A stretch of DNA of 64,000 bases from a bacterium (GCA_965202605.1 OZ241838.1:528883-592882), one strand, 5' to 3'; numbered from the stretch's first letter, positions 46,957 through 56,994 are shown. Notes: generated from the letters alone by a model not told the origin. Numbers and translations are program-made.

Positions 46957-48168
46957 GTGTCTTCCACCGATACCATCTTCAAAGAACTGATCGTCATCGA
47001 GGCCGCCAACGTACTGGCCGGCCCGGCCGTGGGCATGTTCTTCGCGGAACTGGGCGCCACGGTGATCAAGGTGGAGAACATAAAAACCGGCGGCGACACG
47101 ACCCGACACTGGAAACTGCCTTCGGAAGACCGGGACGGAGACGTCTCCGCCTATTTCTCTTCGGTGAACTGGGGCAAGCGCTCTGTCGGGGTGGATTTTT
47201 CGATACCCGAAGGATATGCGGTCCTGCAGGACCTGGTGCGGTGCGCCGACGTGTTTCTGCAGAGTTTCAAATCCGGTGACGCCGAGAAGTTCAGGCTCGA
47301 CTACCCGGCCTTGCGCAGCCTCAACGACCGGCTCATCTACGCCGACATTACCGCCTTTGGCGAAGAAGACGAGCGGCCGGGGTTCGACGCCGTGTTGCAG
47401 GCGGAAACGGGTTTCACGGGCATGAACGGCACCGAAGACAGCGGACCCGTCAAGATGCCGGTGGCCCTCATCGACCTGCTCCTGGCCCACCAGTTGAAAG
47501 AAGCCCTGCTGATCGCCCTCATCGAACGGATGCAAACCGGTCGGGGATCTTACAATACGGTCTCGTTGTTCCATGCCGGGGTCGCATCGCTCGCCAACCA
47601 GGCGGCGAACTACCTGGTCGCCGGTTCCATTCCGGCCCGCGCCGGCTCCGACCATCCGAACATCGCGCCATACGGGACGATTTACAGGACGCTGAACGGA
47701 GAGCCCGTCGTGCTGGCCGTCGGCACGGACAGCCAGTTCGCGGCGCTGTGCGAAGTGCTGGACATGCCGGAGGCGGCGAAGGACGAGCGGTTCGGCACGA
47801 ACCGGCAACGGGTCGTCCACCGCGACGCGCTGAATACGCTGCTGGCCCACCGAATAGGTCAACTGGAAAGGGCGTCCCTGCTGGCCGCGCTACAGTCCCG
47901 GAAAGTGCCGGCTGGCGCGGTCCGGCGGCTGGACGAGGTGCTTGAACACGAATCCACGGCACCATTGCAGCTTCATGGGAAGCGAAGGGACGGCGCTTCG
48001 ATCGGCGGATTGCGCACGATCGCCTTCGATAGCGACGCCGTATCGCCGCCGCCGGGTCTGAACGCGCCACCGGAATTCAACCGGGACCGCCAGTACGTGC
48101 TATCGGAATTGCTGGGCTATACGGAGGAGCGAATCGAAGGGTTAAAAAAGGCAGGCGCGGTCCTGTAG
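46957..48168 (+). CDS. family III CoA-transferase (CaiB/BaiF-like)
   Basis: N-terminal VIEAANVLAGPAVGMFFAELGATVIKVE and length typical of the family. GTG start. Confidence 0.9.
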   Translation: MSSTDTIFKELIVIEAANVLAGPAVGMFFAELGATVIKVENIKTGGDTTRHWKLPSEDRDGDVSAYFSSVNWGKRSVGVDFSIPEGYAVLQDLVRCADVFLQSFKSGDAEKFRLDYPALRSLNDRLIYADITAFGEEDERPGFDAVLQAETGFTGMNGTEDSGPVKMPVALIDLLLAHQLKEALLIALIERMQTGRGSYNTVSLFHAGVASLANQAANYLVAGSIPARAGSDHPNIAPYGTIYRTLNGEPVVLAVGTDSQFAALCEVLDMPEAAKDERFGTNRQRVVHRDALNTLLAHRIGQLERASLLAALQSRKVPAGAVRRLDEVLEHESTAPLQLHGKRRDGASIGGLRTIAFDSDAVSPPPGLNAPPEFNRDRQYVLSELLGYTEERIEGLKKAGAVL

Positions 48169-48231
48169 TCCAATCGCGTGAAGGGCGTGTAACGGAGCGG
48201 TTTCGGCCTGTCCTTCCGTGCTCGGCCTGCG

Positions 48232-48275
48232 CGTTTCAGGTGTAAGCGGCAACCGTTTCAGATGTAAGCGGAGAC
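48232..48275. repeat. 22-bp tandem repeat x2 (CGTTTCAGRTGTAAGCGGMRAC)
   Basis: Read directly at 48232-48253 and 48254-48275. A degenerate third copy (GTGTAACGGAGCGGTTTC) lies near 48187. Confidence 0.85.
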
Positions 48276-48417
48276 CGGTCCAACCGCCGGATTTTGATTG
48301 CCGGTACAGGGCAAAATACCGTATATTAACGCGTGTTTAAGGCGTGAGGGCCCGAAGCACACCGCGCACTGTCATGTCATAATCCATTCTGCGCCTCGGA
48401 ATACACAGGGAAACTGG

Positions 48418-49041
48418 ATGGACATCGATATCGCAGCCTACTGCGCGCGCATCGGAGTCAGCGGTCCGTTGCGGCCGACGGCGGTGACACTGCGTCGCCT
48501 GCACCGTGCGCATATGCTGGCCGTGCCCTTCGAGAACCTTGACATCCATTGGGGCCGCCCGATTGTGCTGGAGGAAGCGCGGCTCTTCGAGAAGCTCGTG
48601 ACACAGGGCCGCGGCGGATTCTGTTACGAGCAGAATGGCCTGTTTGCAGCGGTGCTGCGCGAAATCGGCTTCACGGTCGACCTGCTGGAGGCGCGCGCTG
48701 GCGCGAAACCCTGGGAGGACAGCCTCCCCTGGGACCACCTGACGCTGCAGGTCACACTGAAGGAACGCTGGCTGGCGGACGTGGGCTTTGGCGACGGTTT
48801 CCGCGAGCCGCTGTTGCTGGACGAGGGGGGACCACAGGTGCGCGCGGATGGCATCTGGCGTGTGCAACACGACGGCTGCGAGGGCCTGCATTCGAGCCGC
48901 ACGGCGGCCGGTGACTGGCAAATCGAGTATCGCTTCCGGCTGCGGCCGCGTCAGCTGGCGGACTTTACGCCCGGTTGCGAACATCACCAGCACTCGCCGG
49001 AGTCCCATTTTACGCGGGAGCGCTTCGGAATCGAACCCTGA
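48418..49041 (+). CDS. arylamine N-acetyltransferase (NAT), apparently short at the C-terminus
   Basis: Catalytic triad contexts RGGFCYEQN (Cys), WDHLTLQV (His) and LADVGFGD (Asp). The ORF stops at 207 aa, without the usual third domain. Confidence 0.75.
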   Translation: MDIDIAAYCARIGVSGPLRPTAVTLRRLHRAHMLAVPFENLDIHWGRPIVLEEARLFEKLVTQGRGGFCYEQNGLFAAVLREIGFTVDLLEARAGAKPWEDSLPWDHLTLQVTLKERWLADVGFGDGFREPLLLDEGGPQVRADGIWRVQHDGCEGLHSSRTAAGDWQIEYRFRLRPRQLADFTPGCEHHQHSPESHFTRERFGIEP

Positions 49042-49185
49042 ACCAGGACCAGGCGACGCGCCGGCTGCGGATGGGCCGGACGCGTTCGCGTTCCCGTATT
49101 CATGGTCATTTCCAGTGTAACTGTACCACGAGCGGAAGTGCCGGGACTTGACAGCCACGCGTGACCAACGAAATGCAAAAGGAAT

Positions 49186-49578
49186 ATGAGCGAGTTAATC
49201 ATTGTAGGCGACCGGGTACTCGTCGAGCAGCATGACGGGGAACAACTCACCCATTCCGGACTGTATCTTCCCGCCACGGTGACGGAGAAGGAAAAGGTGG
49301 GTACCGGGCGAGTGATTCGTGTGGGGCCGGGACACCTGATGCCCAATCCCGACTACACCGAGGGGGATCCGATCACGAAATCGACGGGATCGGTGCGTTA
49401 CCTGCCCCTGCAGGCCCAGCCCGGCGATTTTGCCTTCTATCTGCGCAAAGAGTCCATTGAGATCAATTACCAGGAGAAAACCTACATGATCGTACCGCAC
49501 AACGCCATTCTGGCGCTTGTGAGGTCTGATGGAGACAACCTGCTCCAGGGTCTCGAGGACCTGCTCGGTGAAGAATAA
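49186..49578 (+). CDS. GroES/Cpn10-like protein with an insertion
   Basis: GDRVLVE...SGLYLP...GRVIRVGPG matches the Cpn10 pattern, but a ~35-residue insertion follows. RBS AAAAGGAA. No groEL is adjacent. Confidence 0.6.
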   Translation: MSELIIVGDRVLVEQHDGEQLTHSGLYLPATVTEKEKVGTGRVIRVGPGHLMPNPDYTEGDPITKSTGSVRYLPLQAQPGDFAFYLRKESIEINYQEKTYMIVPHNAILALVRSDGDNLLQGLEDLLGEE

Positions 49579-49682
49579 GACCGGGAGACGATGCCCTGCT
49601 CCGGGCGAAGTACCGATGCCTGAAATCTGAACACATAGCTGATCTGCATCTCATCATCAAACAGAGAGAAGGAGCAAGACTA

Positions 49683-50390
49683 ATGAACAGAACGGCAGCC
49701 TACCCGGCCCAACGCGCGATCCCGGTCGCGCAACTCGGCGTCGACGCGCGCGGCGCCTTCATCACACGAACTTATACTCACCTGCTGGGAGCGATCCTTG
49801 CGTTTGCCCTGATCGAAATCTACCTGTTTCAGACCGGAATGGCCGAGTCGATCGCCCGCGTGCTGTTGAGCGGCTCCTGGCTGATCGTGCTTGGCGGTTT
49901 CATGATCCTGAGCTGGATCGCGACCCATTTCGCCCACAACGCGACGTCCACGGCCGGCCAGTACGGCGCGCTGGGCCTGTTCGTCGTCGGCGAAGCCATC
50001 ATCTTCACGCCACTGCTCTACCTCGCCGATGCCATGGCGCCGGGCGTGATCAACAGTGCCGCCACGGTAACGCTCCTTGGCTTTCTCGGGCTGACGATCG
50101 TCGCCTTTCACACCCGGAAGGACTTCTCCTTCCTCGGCGGGCTGCTGCGGTGGGGATTCATCTGCGCCCTCGTGCTGATCGCGGCCAGCGTGCTGTTCGG
50201 CTTCCATCTCGGGACGATCTTTACCGTCGCGATGATTGTACTCGCGGGCGGAGCGATCCTCTATGATACGTCGAACGTGCTGCACCACTATCCGGAAGAC
50301 CGCCACGTAGGCGCGGCATTACAACTCTTCGCTTCCGTGGCGCTGTTGTTCTGGTACATTCTGCAGTTCTTCCTGTCGTCGAGAGACTGA
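49683..50390 (+). CDS. Bax inhibitor-1/YccA family membrane protein
   Basis: Seven helices and a family-typical N-terminus (FITRTYTHLLGAILAFALIE). RBS GAAGGAG. Confidence 0.85.
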   Translation: MNRTAAYPAQRAIPVAQLGVDARGAFITRTYTHLLGAILAFALIEIYLFQTGMAESIARVLLSGSWLIVLGGFMILSWIATHFAHNATSTAGQYGALGLFVVGEAIIFTPLLYLADAMAPGVINSAATVTLLGFLGLTIVAFHTRKDFSFLGGLLRWGFICALVLIAASVLFGFHLGTIFTVAMIVLAGGAILYDTSNVLHHYPEDRHVGAALQLFASVALLFWYILQFFLSSRD

Positions 50391-50414
50391 AACGCCTGGA
50401 CAGGCCGCGCGGCA

Positions 50415-51119
50415 ATGAGTACCAGCGCGTCCGAGGTATGGAAACGGCGTTCGGCCGTCGCGCAACGGGATTTACATCGACCGGTTCAACATAGGCGAAC
50501 GGAGAAAACAGAGGCGCCCGTGCACCCCAGAATAAAGACCGTAGGCCGGGAAATCCTGTCCTTCGGGATCATCGCGCTGATCCTGCTGGCGGCCCGGTCG
50601 ACGCTGGCCGACCACTATACCGTACCGTCCGGTTCCATGGAGTACACGCTCCTGCCGGGCGACCGGATCTTCGTGGCCAAGTACACCTACGGATTCCGCG
50701 TTCCCTTTACGGACTGGAAACTGACCGGGGGCAGCGACGTGGAACGGGGGGAGGTGGTGGTGTTCGATTCGCCCGTGGAGGACATCCGCCTCGTAAAGCG
50801 GATTGTCGCGGTGGGCGGCGATACGGTTTCCATCCGCAGCGGACAGGTTTCCATCAACGGCGCGCCGATGGGGTCTGTTACGGACATGCGCGAAGAATTC
50901 TACGGTGAACGCCGGGTTCGTTTGAATCTGAGTTACAGCGGGGGGGAGGACTTCGGCCCCGCGGCCATTCCCCCGGGTTTTCTCCTGGCCATAGGAGACG
51001 CCCGGGGGAACAGCAAGGATGGACGCACCTTCGGGTTCATTTCAGAGGATGCGGTTTACGGCAGGGCTGTCGCCGTCTACTACCGGAGCGGCGATGGCCT
51101 TTGCTGGCTGAAACTCTGA
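50415..51119 (+). CDS. lepB: signal peptidase I
   Basis: Catalytic Ser box PSGSMEYTL, Lys box VKRIVAVGGDTV, and box E GDARGNSKDGR. An in-frame GTG at 50520 (after AGAGG) is a plausible alternative start. Confidence 0.85.
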   Translation: MSTSASEVWKRRSAVAQRDLHRPVQHRRTEKTEAPVHPRIKTVGREILSFGIIALILLAARSTLADHYTVPSGSMEYTLLPGDRIFVAKYTYGFRVPFTDWKLTGGSDVERGEVVVFDSPVEDIRLVKRIVAVGGDTVSIRSGQVSINGAPMGSVTDMREEFYGERRVRLNLSYSGGEDFGPAAIPPGFLLAIGDARGNSKDGRTFGFISEDAVYGRAVAVYYRSGDGLCWLKL

Positions 51120-51132
51120 TTGGGCGAGGGGC

Positions 51133-53496
51133 CTACCTCGTCTCCGTCTTCGTATCCTGCGCTTCCTTTTCCCGCTCTTCCGCCCTCTTCTGCCGTTGCA
51201 TCGGGTTTTCCGGCGCCTGGCGGCGCTGCTTGAACAGCTGGAACCGCGTGGGCTTCGACTGCGGCGGCCACACGTTGTTGCTCAGGTCCGTGTCCGCGGT
51301 CTCCAGGTAGGGATCGAGCGTGATCCTCTCCACCGGCTGGTCCATGACGAAGACCTTGGTTACACGGTCGTCGCGGAGCCGCCAGATCTCCGTGGGAATG
51401 TGCTGTACTTCCCTGGTGCCGTCCTCGAACTCGAACTCCAGGATCACCGGCATGACCAGGCCGCCGACATTTTCGAAGGTCAGCTCGTAGAAGTGTTTGC
51501 CGCTTTCCAGCAGGGCGAGGTCCTCGGCGTCCAGGTTCTTCACGTAGTTGTCGTACTCCTCGCGGTCGAGGATGGACACTTCGAAAGGATCGTACTTGTT
51601 GTAGAAATCGACCAGCGTCGAATCCTGCCGCACCATCGGGTCCGGTATGTCGGACTGGTTGCGCGTGTAGCTGATCCCCCTGTTTTCCTCCGCCCTGTTC
51701 GTCCGGCCGATCTCCTTTTCCACGTCCGGGTTCCGCGTGTTGATCTGGAACCATTTCACCTCGCCCAACCCGAGGTCCACGTGGTCCGTGCTGTAGAACC
51801 AGCCCCGCCAGAACCAGTCCAGGTCCACCGCGGAGGCGTCTTCCATGCTGCGGAAGAAATCTTCAGGAGAAGGATGCTTGAACATCCAGCGCTGGGAATA
51901 GCTGCGGAAGGCATGGTCGAAGAGCTCCCGCCCCATGATGGTTTCCCGCAGGATATTCAGCGCGGTGGCCGGTTTCCCGTAGGCGTTGGGGCCAAGCTGG
52001 AACACGGACTCCGAGTTGGTCATGATGGGCGAGATCCGTCCGGGGTCGCCTTTCATGTAGTCGACGATCCGGTGGGCGGGACCGCGGCGGGAAGGATACT
52101 CGGTATCCCACTCCTGTTCGGCCAGGTACTGGAGAAAGGTGTTCAGTCCCTCGTCCATCCAGGTCCACTGCCGTTCGTCCGAATTGACGATCATGGGGAA
52201 ATAGTTGTGCCCGACTTCGTGGATGATCACGCTGATCATGCCGTACTTGGTCCGCTCGCTGTAGGTGCCGTCCTTTTCCGGCCGGCCGCCGTTGAAGCAG
52301 ATCATCGGATATTCCATGCCGATGCGGTTCGTATGTACGGAAATGGACGTGGGATAGGGATAGTGGAAGGTGTATTTCGAATAGACGTCCATCGTATGGG
52401 CCACCACCTTGGTGGAGTACCGTTCCCAGAGCGGGTTGCCTTCCTTGGGATAAAAGGACATGGCCATGACTTTCTGCGGTCCGGACTGCACTTCCATGGC
52501 GTCCCAGATGAACTTGCGGGAACTGGCGAAGGCGAAATCCCGGACGTTGTCTCCGTGGAACACCCAGGTCTTCTTTTCGGTCGCCCTGCCTTTTTCCGCT
52601 TCGATGGCTTCCGCTTCCGTGACGATCAGGACGGGTTCGTCGGCGTCCCGCGACCGGGCGAACCTTGCCTGCTGTTCGGCGGTCAGCACTTCCTTCGTGT
52701 TCTGAAGCACGCCCGTGGCCGCGACGATGTGATCGGCGGGAACGGTGATACTGACCTTGTAGTCTCCGAAGGGCAGGGCGAACTCGCCGCGGCCGAGGAA
52801 CTGCTTGTGCTGCCAGCCTTCGACCTCGTTGTACACCGCCATGCGGGGAAAGAACTGGGCGATGGCGTACAGGTAGTTGTCGTCTTCCTCGAAGTATTCG
52901 TAGCCCGAACGGCCGCCGATTTTCATCCGGTCGTTGATGTTGTACCACCACTTGATCTTGAAGGTGAAGGATCTGCCCGGACGGAGCGGTTCGGGCACGT
53001 CCACGCGCAACATCGTCTTGTTGATGGTGTGGGGAAGGGGATTGTCGCGCCGGTCCCGCACCCACTCGATCTTGAACCCGCCGTCGAAGTCGTTCAGCAG
53101 GCGCTGCAACTGGGCGAAGCTCATCCGCCCCGAAACCCGGCTGCCGGCGATTTTACGCGTGTCCGAGTCCCTGGCCCGCACGTTCTGATCGAGCTGCACC
53201 CAGAGGTAGGCCAGTTCGTCGGGCGAGTTGTTGTGGTAGGTGATGACCTCGGTGCCGTGAAGCCGCTGCGTCTCGTCGTCCAGTTCGATCCGCATCTCGT
53301 AATCCGCCTCGTTCTGCCAGTACTGGTGGCCCGGCGCCCCGGACGCCGTCCGGTATACGTTCGGCGTAGGGGCTTCCTGCTTGATCTGGCGGAACTTGCT
53401 TCGGTTTATCGTCTCGGGACCCTTCTGGGCGGTAGCGGTGGCTGTGGCGCACGTGACGGACAATGCGCATAGAAAGTACAGAAGGCGCTTAGCCAT
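51133..53496 (-). CDS. secreted M1 family metallopeptidase (aminopeptidase N-like)
   Basis: HEVGHNYF-x-WMDEGLNTF (HExxH-x18-E) and a GMEYP exopeptidase-motif variant. Signal peptide MAKRLLYFLCALSV. ATG at 53496 after AGGAGA. Confidence 0.9.
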   Translation of the reverse strand: MAKRLLYFLCALSVTCATATATAQKGPETINRSKFRQIKQEAPTPNVYRTASGAPGHQYWQNEADYEMRIELDDETQRLHGTEVITYHNNSPDELAYLWVQLDQNVRARDSDTRKIAGSRVSGRMSFAQLQRLLNDFDGGFKIEWVRDRRDNPLPHTINKTMLRVDVPEPLRPGRSFTFKIKWWYNINDRMKIGGRSGYEYFEEDDNYLYAIAQFFPRMAVYNEVEGWQHKQFLGRGEFALPFGDYKVSITVPADHIVAATGVLQNTKEVLTAEQQARFARSRDADEPVLIVTEAEAIEAEKGRATEKKTWVFHGDNVRDFAFASSRKFIWDAMEVQSGPQKVMAMSFYPKEGNPLWERYSTKVVAHTMDVYSKYTFHYPYPTSISVHTNRIGMEYPMICFNGGRPEKDGTYSERTKYGMISVIIHEVGHNYFPMIVNSDERQWTWMDEGLNTFLQYLAEQEWDTEYPSRRGPAHRIVDYMKGDPGRISPIMTNSESVFQLGPNAYGKPATALNILRETIMGRELFDHAFRSYSQRWMFKHPSPEDFFRSMEDASAVDLDWFWRGWFYSTDHVDLGLGEVKWFQINTRNPDVEKEIGRTNRAEENRGISYTRNQSDIPDPMVRQDSTLVDFYNKYDPFEVSILDREEYDNYVKNLDAEDLALLESGKHFYELTFENVGGLVMPVILEFEFEDGTREVQHIPTEIWRLRDDRVTKVFVMDQPVERITLDPYLETADTDLSNNVWPPQSKPTRFQLFKQRRQAPENPMQRQKRAEEREKEAQDTKTETR

Positions 53497-53693
53497 GGAT
53501 CGGTCTCCTGGTATTGATCTTCCGTCGGTCATCGATGTTGTACGTAATAAACATGTATGGATAATGAATAAGGGGAATATACGATTTGGCGGGAGTCGTG
53601 TAAAGAACCATCCGAGGCGCGGATGTCGCCCGTCAATATACGGCCGCGTAGTCCAGTCCACAAGAACCGGCCGCCCTGCGTTTTTGCGCGGGC

Positions 53694-53722
53694 TTGACAG
53701 GAGCGGCCCGCGGATGTAACCT
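53694..53722 (+). promoter_or_regulatory. possible sigma70-type promoter (TTGACA-N17-TAACCT)
   Basis: Hexamers read by eye, 74 nt upstream of the ATG at 53796, in the divergent intergenic region. Confidence 0.3.
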
Positions 53723-53795
53723 GAAACGACCGCCGGTCCGGCCTCGGACCATTGCCGCCACGGAAGTACCGCGGGTACCGTTCACGGAAGAACCG

Positions 53796-54320
53796 ATGAG
53801 ATCGCAAGGCTTCTGGCTAATCCTGGCGAGTGTCCTGCTGATGTCCGCGGCGCAGAACGCGGGCGCCATGCGAAAAGCGGCCCACCCGTTTTACATCAGC
53901 GTCTGCCAGGTCGATCACAACCCCGATACAGAGGCGCTGGAGGTTTCTTTCCGCATCTTCACGGACGACCTGGAACAGGCCCTCGAATCGATGGGAACGG
54001 ACCGGCTGCGCCTGGGTACGGAACGAGAGGCCGAAAAGGCGGATCTCTACATAAGCCGTTATCTCGCGCGCCACGTGGAATTCGAGATAAACGGCCGCCG
54101 CGTCAGCGCCGCCTTTCTCGGGAAGGAAGTGGATTCGGACGCGACGTGGTGTTACGTGGAGGTCGAGAACGTCCCTCTTCTGAAAACGATGGCCATGACA
54201 AATACGCTGCTCCTGGAGTCTTTTGAGGACCAGGTCAATCTCGTCCACGTCCACGCCGCCGGCCAGAAGAGGAGCCTGGTGTTCGACGGGCAACAGATCA
54301 GGCAGACGCTGGACTTCTGA
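53796..54320 (+). CDS. secreted protein, DUF6702-like (commonly next to M1 peptidases)
   Basis: Signal peptide followed by HPFYISVCQVDHNPDTEALEVSFRIFTDDLE, which I recall as the DUF6702 N-terminal pattern. Divergent from the M1 peptidase gene. Confidence 0.55.
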   Translation: MRSQGFWLILASVLLMSAAQNAGAMRKAAHPFYISVCQVDHNPDTEALEVSFRIFTDDLEQALESMGTDRLRLGTEREAEKADLYISRYLARHVEFEINGRRVSAAFLGKEVDSDATWCYVEVENVPLLKTMAMTNTLLLESFEDQVNLVHVHAAGQKRSLVFDGQQIRQTLDF

Positions 54321-54397
54321 GGCGTATGCGCGTCTCCGTCATTCTGGCCAAGGCCTTTGTCCCTGTCACCCGGGCTCACAGCCTTCGTTCCCGAACC

Positions 54398-54910
54398 ATG
54401 TCCAAGCACACGCGAAATGCGGCCCCCATCGTCGATCTGAAAGCGTTCCCGGACCTGAGATCCGACCTGGGCACCATCGTCGCCACCTCCGGCGGGTACG
54501 ATCCGCTCCATCCCGGCCACGTCTCCTGCCTGCTGGAGTCGGCCGGCCATGGCGACACCCTGGTCGTCATCGTCAACGGAGACGGCTTTCTTCGCCGCAA
54601 GAAGGGCAAGTCCTTCATGGACCTCAAGGCCCGTTGCCAGGTCGTCTCCTGCATTCGTGCCGTGGACTATGTCGTTCCCTTTGAAATTGAAGACGACGAT
54701 ACGGTCTGCGAGGCCCTGAGGGTGATCCGGCCCCACGTGTTCACCAAGGGCGGAGACCGGACCGACATGTCCAATATCCCCGAGTGGCGTGTCTGTACGG
54801 AACTCGGAATCGAAGTGATACCGGGGGTGGGGATGGACAAGGCCTGGAGCAGTTCCGACTACCTGGACTCGTGGGGACGATTCTGGGCCGGTCGCGCGGA
54901 CCGCAGGTAG
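54398..54910 (+). CDS. cytidylyl/adenylyltransferase family protein (HldE domain II / TagD-like)
   Basis: Nucleotidyltransferase motif SGGYDPLHPGHV (HxGH) and VIVNGD. An ATG at 54326 is the alternative longer start. Confidence 0.75.
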   Translation: MSKHTRNAAPIVDLKAFPDLRSDLGTIVATSGGYDPLHPGHVSCLLESAGHGDTLVVIVNGDGFLRRKKGKSFMDLKARCQVVSCIRAVDYVVPFEIEDDDTVCEALRVIRPHVFTKGGDRTDMSNIPEWRVCTELGIEVIPGVGMDKAWSSSDYLDSWGRFWAGRADRR

Positions 54911-55065
54911 TGCCGGAACGCTGCATTTGCTGCTTGTCCCGCGTCCTGTGCCGTCATAATATACCGAATGCGGGAAAGTGGTCGGGGCCAAGCGATAATC
55001 TCACAGGCGATTTACCGTTCGGGACAGGGTAACAACCCGGTGTTCCGGATGGTCCGGAGGAGAAA

Positions 55066-56169
55066 ATGACCAGCAGATACCGCGCCGCCGTGATCGGTCT
55101 CGGCCGTATGGGCAGCACCTTCGACGACGAAATCGACCAGGGCGGATCGATCTTTCTGCCGTACTGCCACGCGCCTTCCTATCACGCCGCGTCGGACGTG
55201 GAACTTATCGCCGGTGCGGATCCCCACGACGAGCAGCGTGCCATATTCGGCAAACGCTGGGGCATTGAAGACGGCCACCTGTACGCCGATTACGGGGAGA
55301 TGCTCGAAAGTGAACGCCCCGATCTGCTCAGCGTCTGCACCACCGCCCGGATCCGTTCAAAGATCGTCCAGGACGCTGCCCGGGCAGGCGTGAAAGCCAT
55401 TTGGGCCGAGAAGCCCATCGCCTTGACCCTGGCCGAGGCGGACGCCATGGTGGAAACCTGCGCGGACCACGGCGTCGCCCTGGCCATAAACTGCGCCCGG
55501 CGGTGGCATCCGTTCTTTTCCCACGCGAAGACCATGATCGAAGAAGGCGAACTCGGCGAGATCGTCCAGGTGACGGGCTACGGCCAGTGTGGCCTCTCCC
55601 ACAACGGCAGCCACCTCATCGATATCGTCCGATATATGGCGGGCGGAAGGGTTGAGTGGGTGTACGGCGAGATGGAATCCGACGAGGCCGCGGCGGGCGA
55701 TAGGGATCTGATGGGCAACGGATACCTGGCCTTCGACAACGGAGTCAGGGCCTATGTCCGGGGCATGCCCTGCGGGATTGCGAACTGGGAAATCGACGTC
55801 CTGGGCACGGAGGGCCGTTTCCGCTCGATCGCGAATGGCCAGGACGCCGAACTGGTGAAGTTGCATCCCGGCGGTCCGCGCGGCAGGGGCGTGCCGGCCC
55901 GTATGCCCTTCCCCTGGCCCGCCAGGTACCCGGCCATGGGGCTGGCCATCGTCGCGGACCTGATTTCGGCCATTGAAAACGGCCATCCGCCGAAATGTTC
56001 AGGAATGGACGGACACGAGGCCCTGGAAGTGGCCGTCGCCCTCCGCGAATCGCACCGCAGCGGTGGAAAGAAGGTTGATCTGCCCCTGGAAGACCGCGGC
56101 CTGGGCATCCTTTCCGCCGAGATACACCAGGACGACATACCGGCGCGGGTCCGGCGCCTGCACGGTTAA
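55066..56169 (+). CDS. Gfo/Idh/MocA family oxidoreductase
   Basis: YRAAVIGLGRMGS Rossmann motif and the EKP motif (IWAEKPIA). RBS GGAGGAG. Confidence 0.9.
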   Translation: MTSRYRAAVIGLGRMGSTFDDEIDQGGSIFLPYCHAPSYHAASDVELIAGADPHDEQRAIFGKRWGIEDGHLYADYGEMLESERPDLLSVCTTARIRSKIVQDAARAGVKAIWAEKPIALTLAEADAMVETCADHGVALAINCARRWHPFFSHAKTMIEEGELGEIVQVTGYGQCGLSHNGSHLIDIVRYMAGGRVEWVYGEMESDEAAAGDRDLMGNGYLAFDNGVRAYVRGMPCGIANWEIDVLGTEGRFRSIANGQDAELVKLHPGGPRGRGVPARMPFPWPARYPAMGLAIVADLISAIENGHPPKCSGMDGHEALEVAVALRESHRSGGKKVDLPLEDRGLGILSAEIHQDDIPARVRRLHG

Positions 56170-56229
56170 CGCGCCGCCGGTACCGCCGTAATCGAGCAGG
56201 ATTGAGTAGAGATTAAGCAGGGAGACCGC

Positions 56230-56994
56230 ATGAAGCTCGGGTTCGTGACCTACCAGATCGGCAAGGACTGGGACGTACCGGCCATCATAAACGTGTGCGG
56301 CAGGACGGGTTTCACGGGGGTGGAACTCCGAACGACCCACGCCCACGGCGTGGAAGCCTCGCTCAGTGCGGGTGAACGCGGCGAGGTCAGGCGACGGTTC
56401 GAGGACGGCGGCGTGGATCTGGTGGGACTGGGCACTGCCTTCGAGTACCATTCGGTCGATCCCGCGGAGGTCCGGGCAAACGTGGACGGGACCTTCGAAT
56501 ACGCGAAGCTGGCGGCCGACCTCGGCTGTCCGGGCGTCAAGGTGCGCCCGAACGGACTGCAGACCGAAAAGGGCATTCCGGAAGAAGCCACCCTCGAACA
56601 GATCGGAAGGGCCGTCGGGGAGTGCGCGGAAGCGGCCGCCGGTCTCGGCGTGCAGATCCGGGTCGAGGTACACGGCCGGGACACCCAGGAGCCGCGGCGC
56701 ATGCGGGCCATCATGGATCACGCGGACCATCCCAATGCGCGCATATGCTGGAACTCGAATTTCGGCGAAGTGGTGGACGGTTCCATCGAGGCCAACTACC
56801 GGCTGCTGAGCCGCAAGATCAGCCTGGTGCACATCACCGAGATCTACCGGACCGAGTATCCCTGGCGGGAACTGTTCCGCCTGCTCAAAGACGACGGCTA
56901 CGACGGGTACACGCTCGCGGAAATCGGCCACAGCCCCGAACCCGAACGGCTGATGGGATACTACCGGGCCCTGTGGGAAGCTTACCAGGCATGA
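56230..56994 (+). CDS. sugar phosphate isomerase/epimerase (xylose-isomerase-like TIM barrel)
   Basis: Family-typical layout with GFTGVELR, VEVHG and a C-terminal ...YTLAEI segment. RBS GGGAGA. Confidence 0.85.
   Translation: MKLGFVTYQIGKDWDVPAIINVCGRTGFTGVELRTTHAHGVEASLSAGERGEVRRRFEDGGVDLVGLGTAFEYHSVDPAEVRANVDGTFEYAKLAADLGCPGVKVRPNGLQTEKGIPEEATLEQIGRAVGECAEAAAGLGVQIRVEVHGRDTQEPRRMRAIMDHADHPNARICWNSNFGEVVDGSIEANYRLLSRKISLVHITEIYRTEYPWRELFRLLKDDGYDGYTLAEIGHSPEPERLMGYYRALWEAYQA

Noticed and set aside
46087-47862. 591-aa ORF on the minus strand. Similar long antisense ORFs include 3215-4759(+), 4917-6641(+), 16061-17002(-), 17179-18450(-), 20356-21552(-), 21998-23353(-), 23061-24224(-), 24590-25813(-), 32605-33978(-), 37387-39120(+), 51196-53472(+), 56885-58495(-) and 58869-60056(-).
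   Set aside because: Each lies antisense to an ORF with clear family motifs. Their translations are Arg/Gly/Pro/His-rich low-complexity sequence, as expected for stop-poor antisense frames in high-GC DNA.
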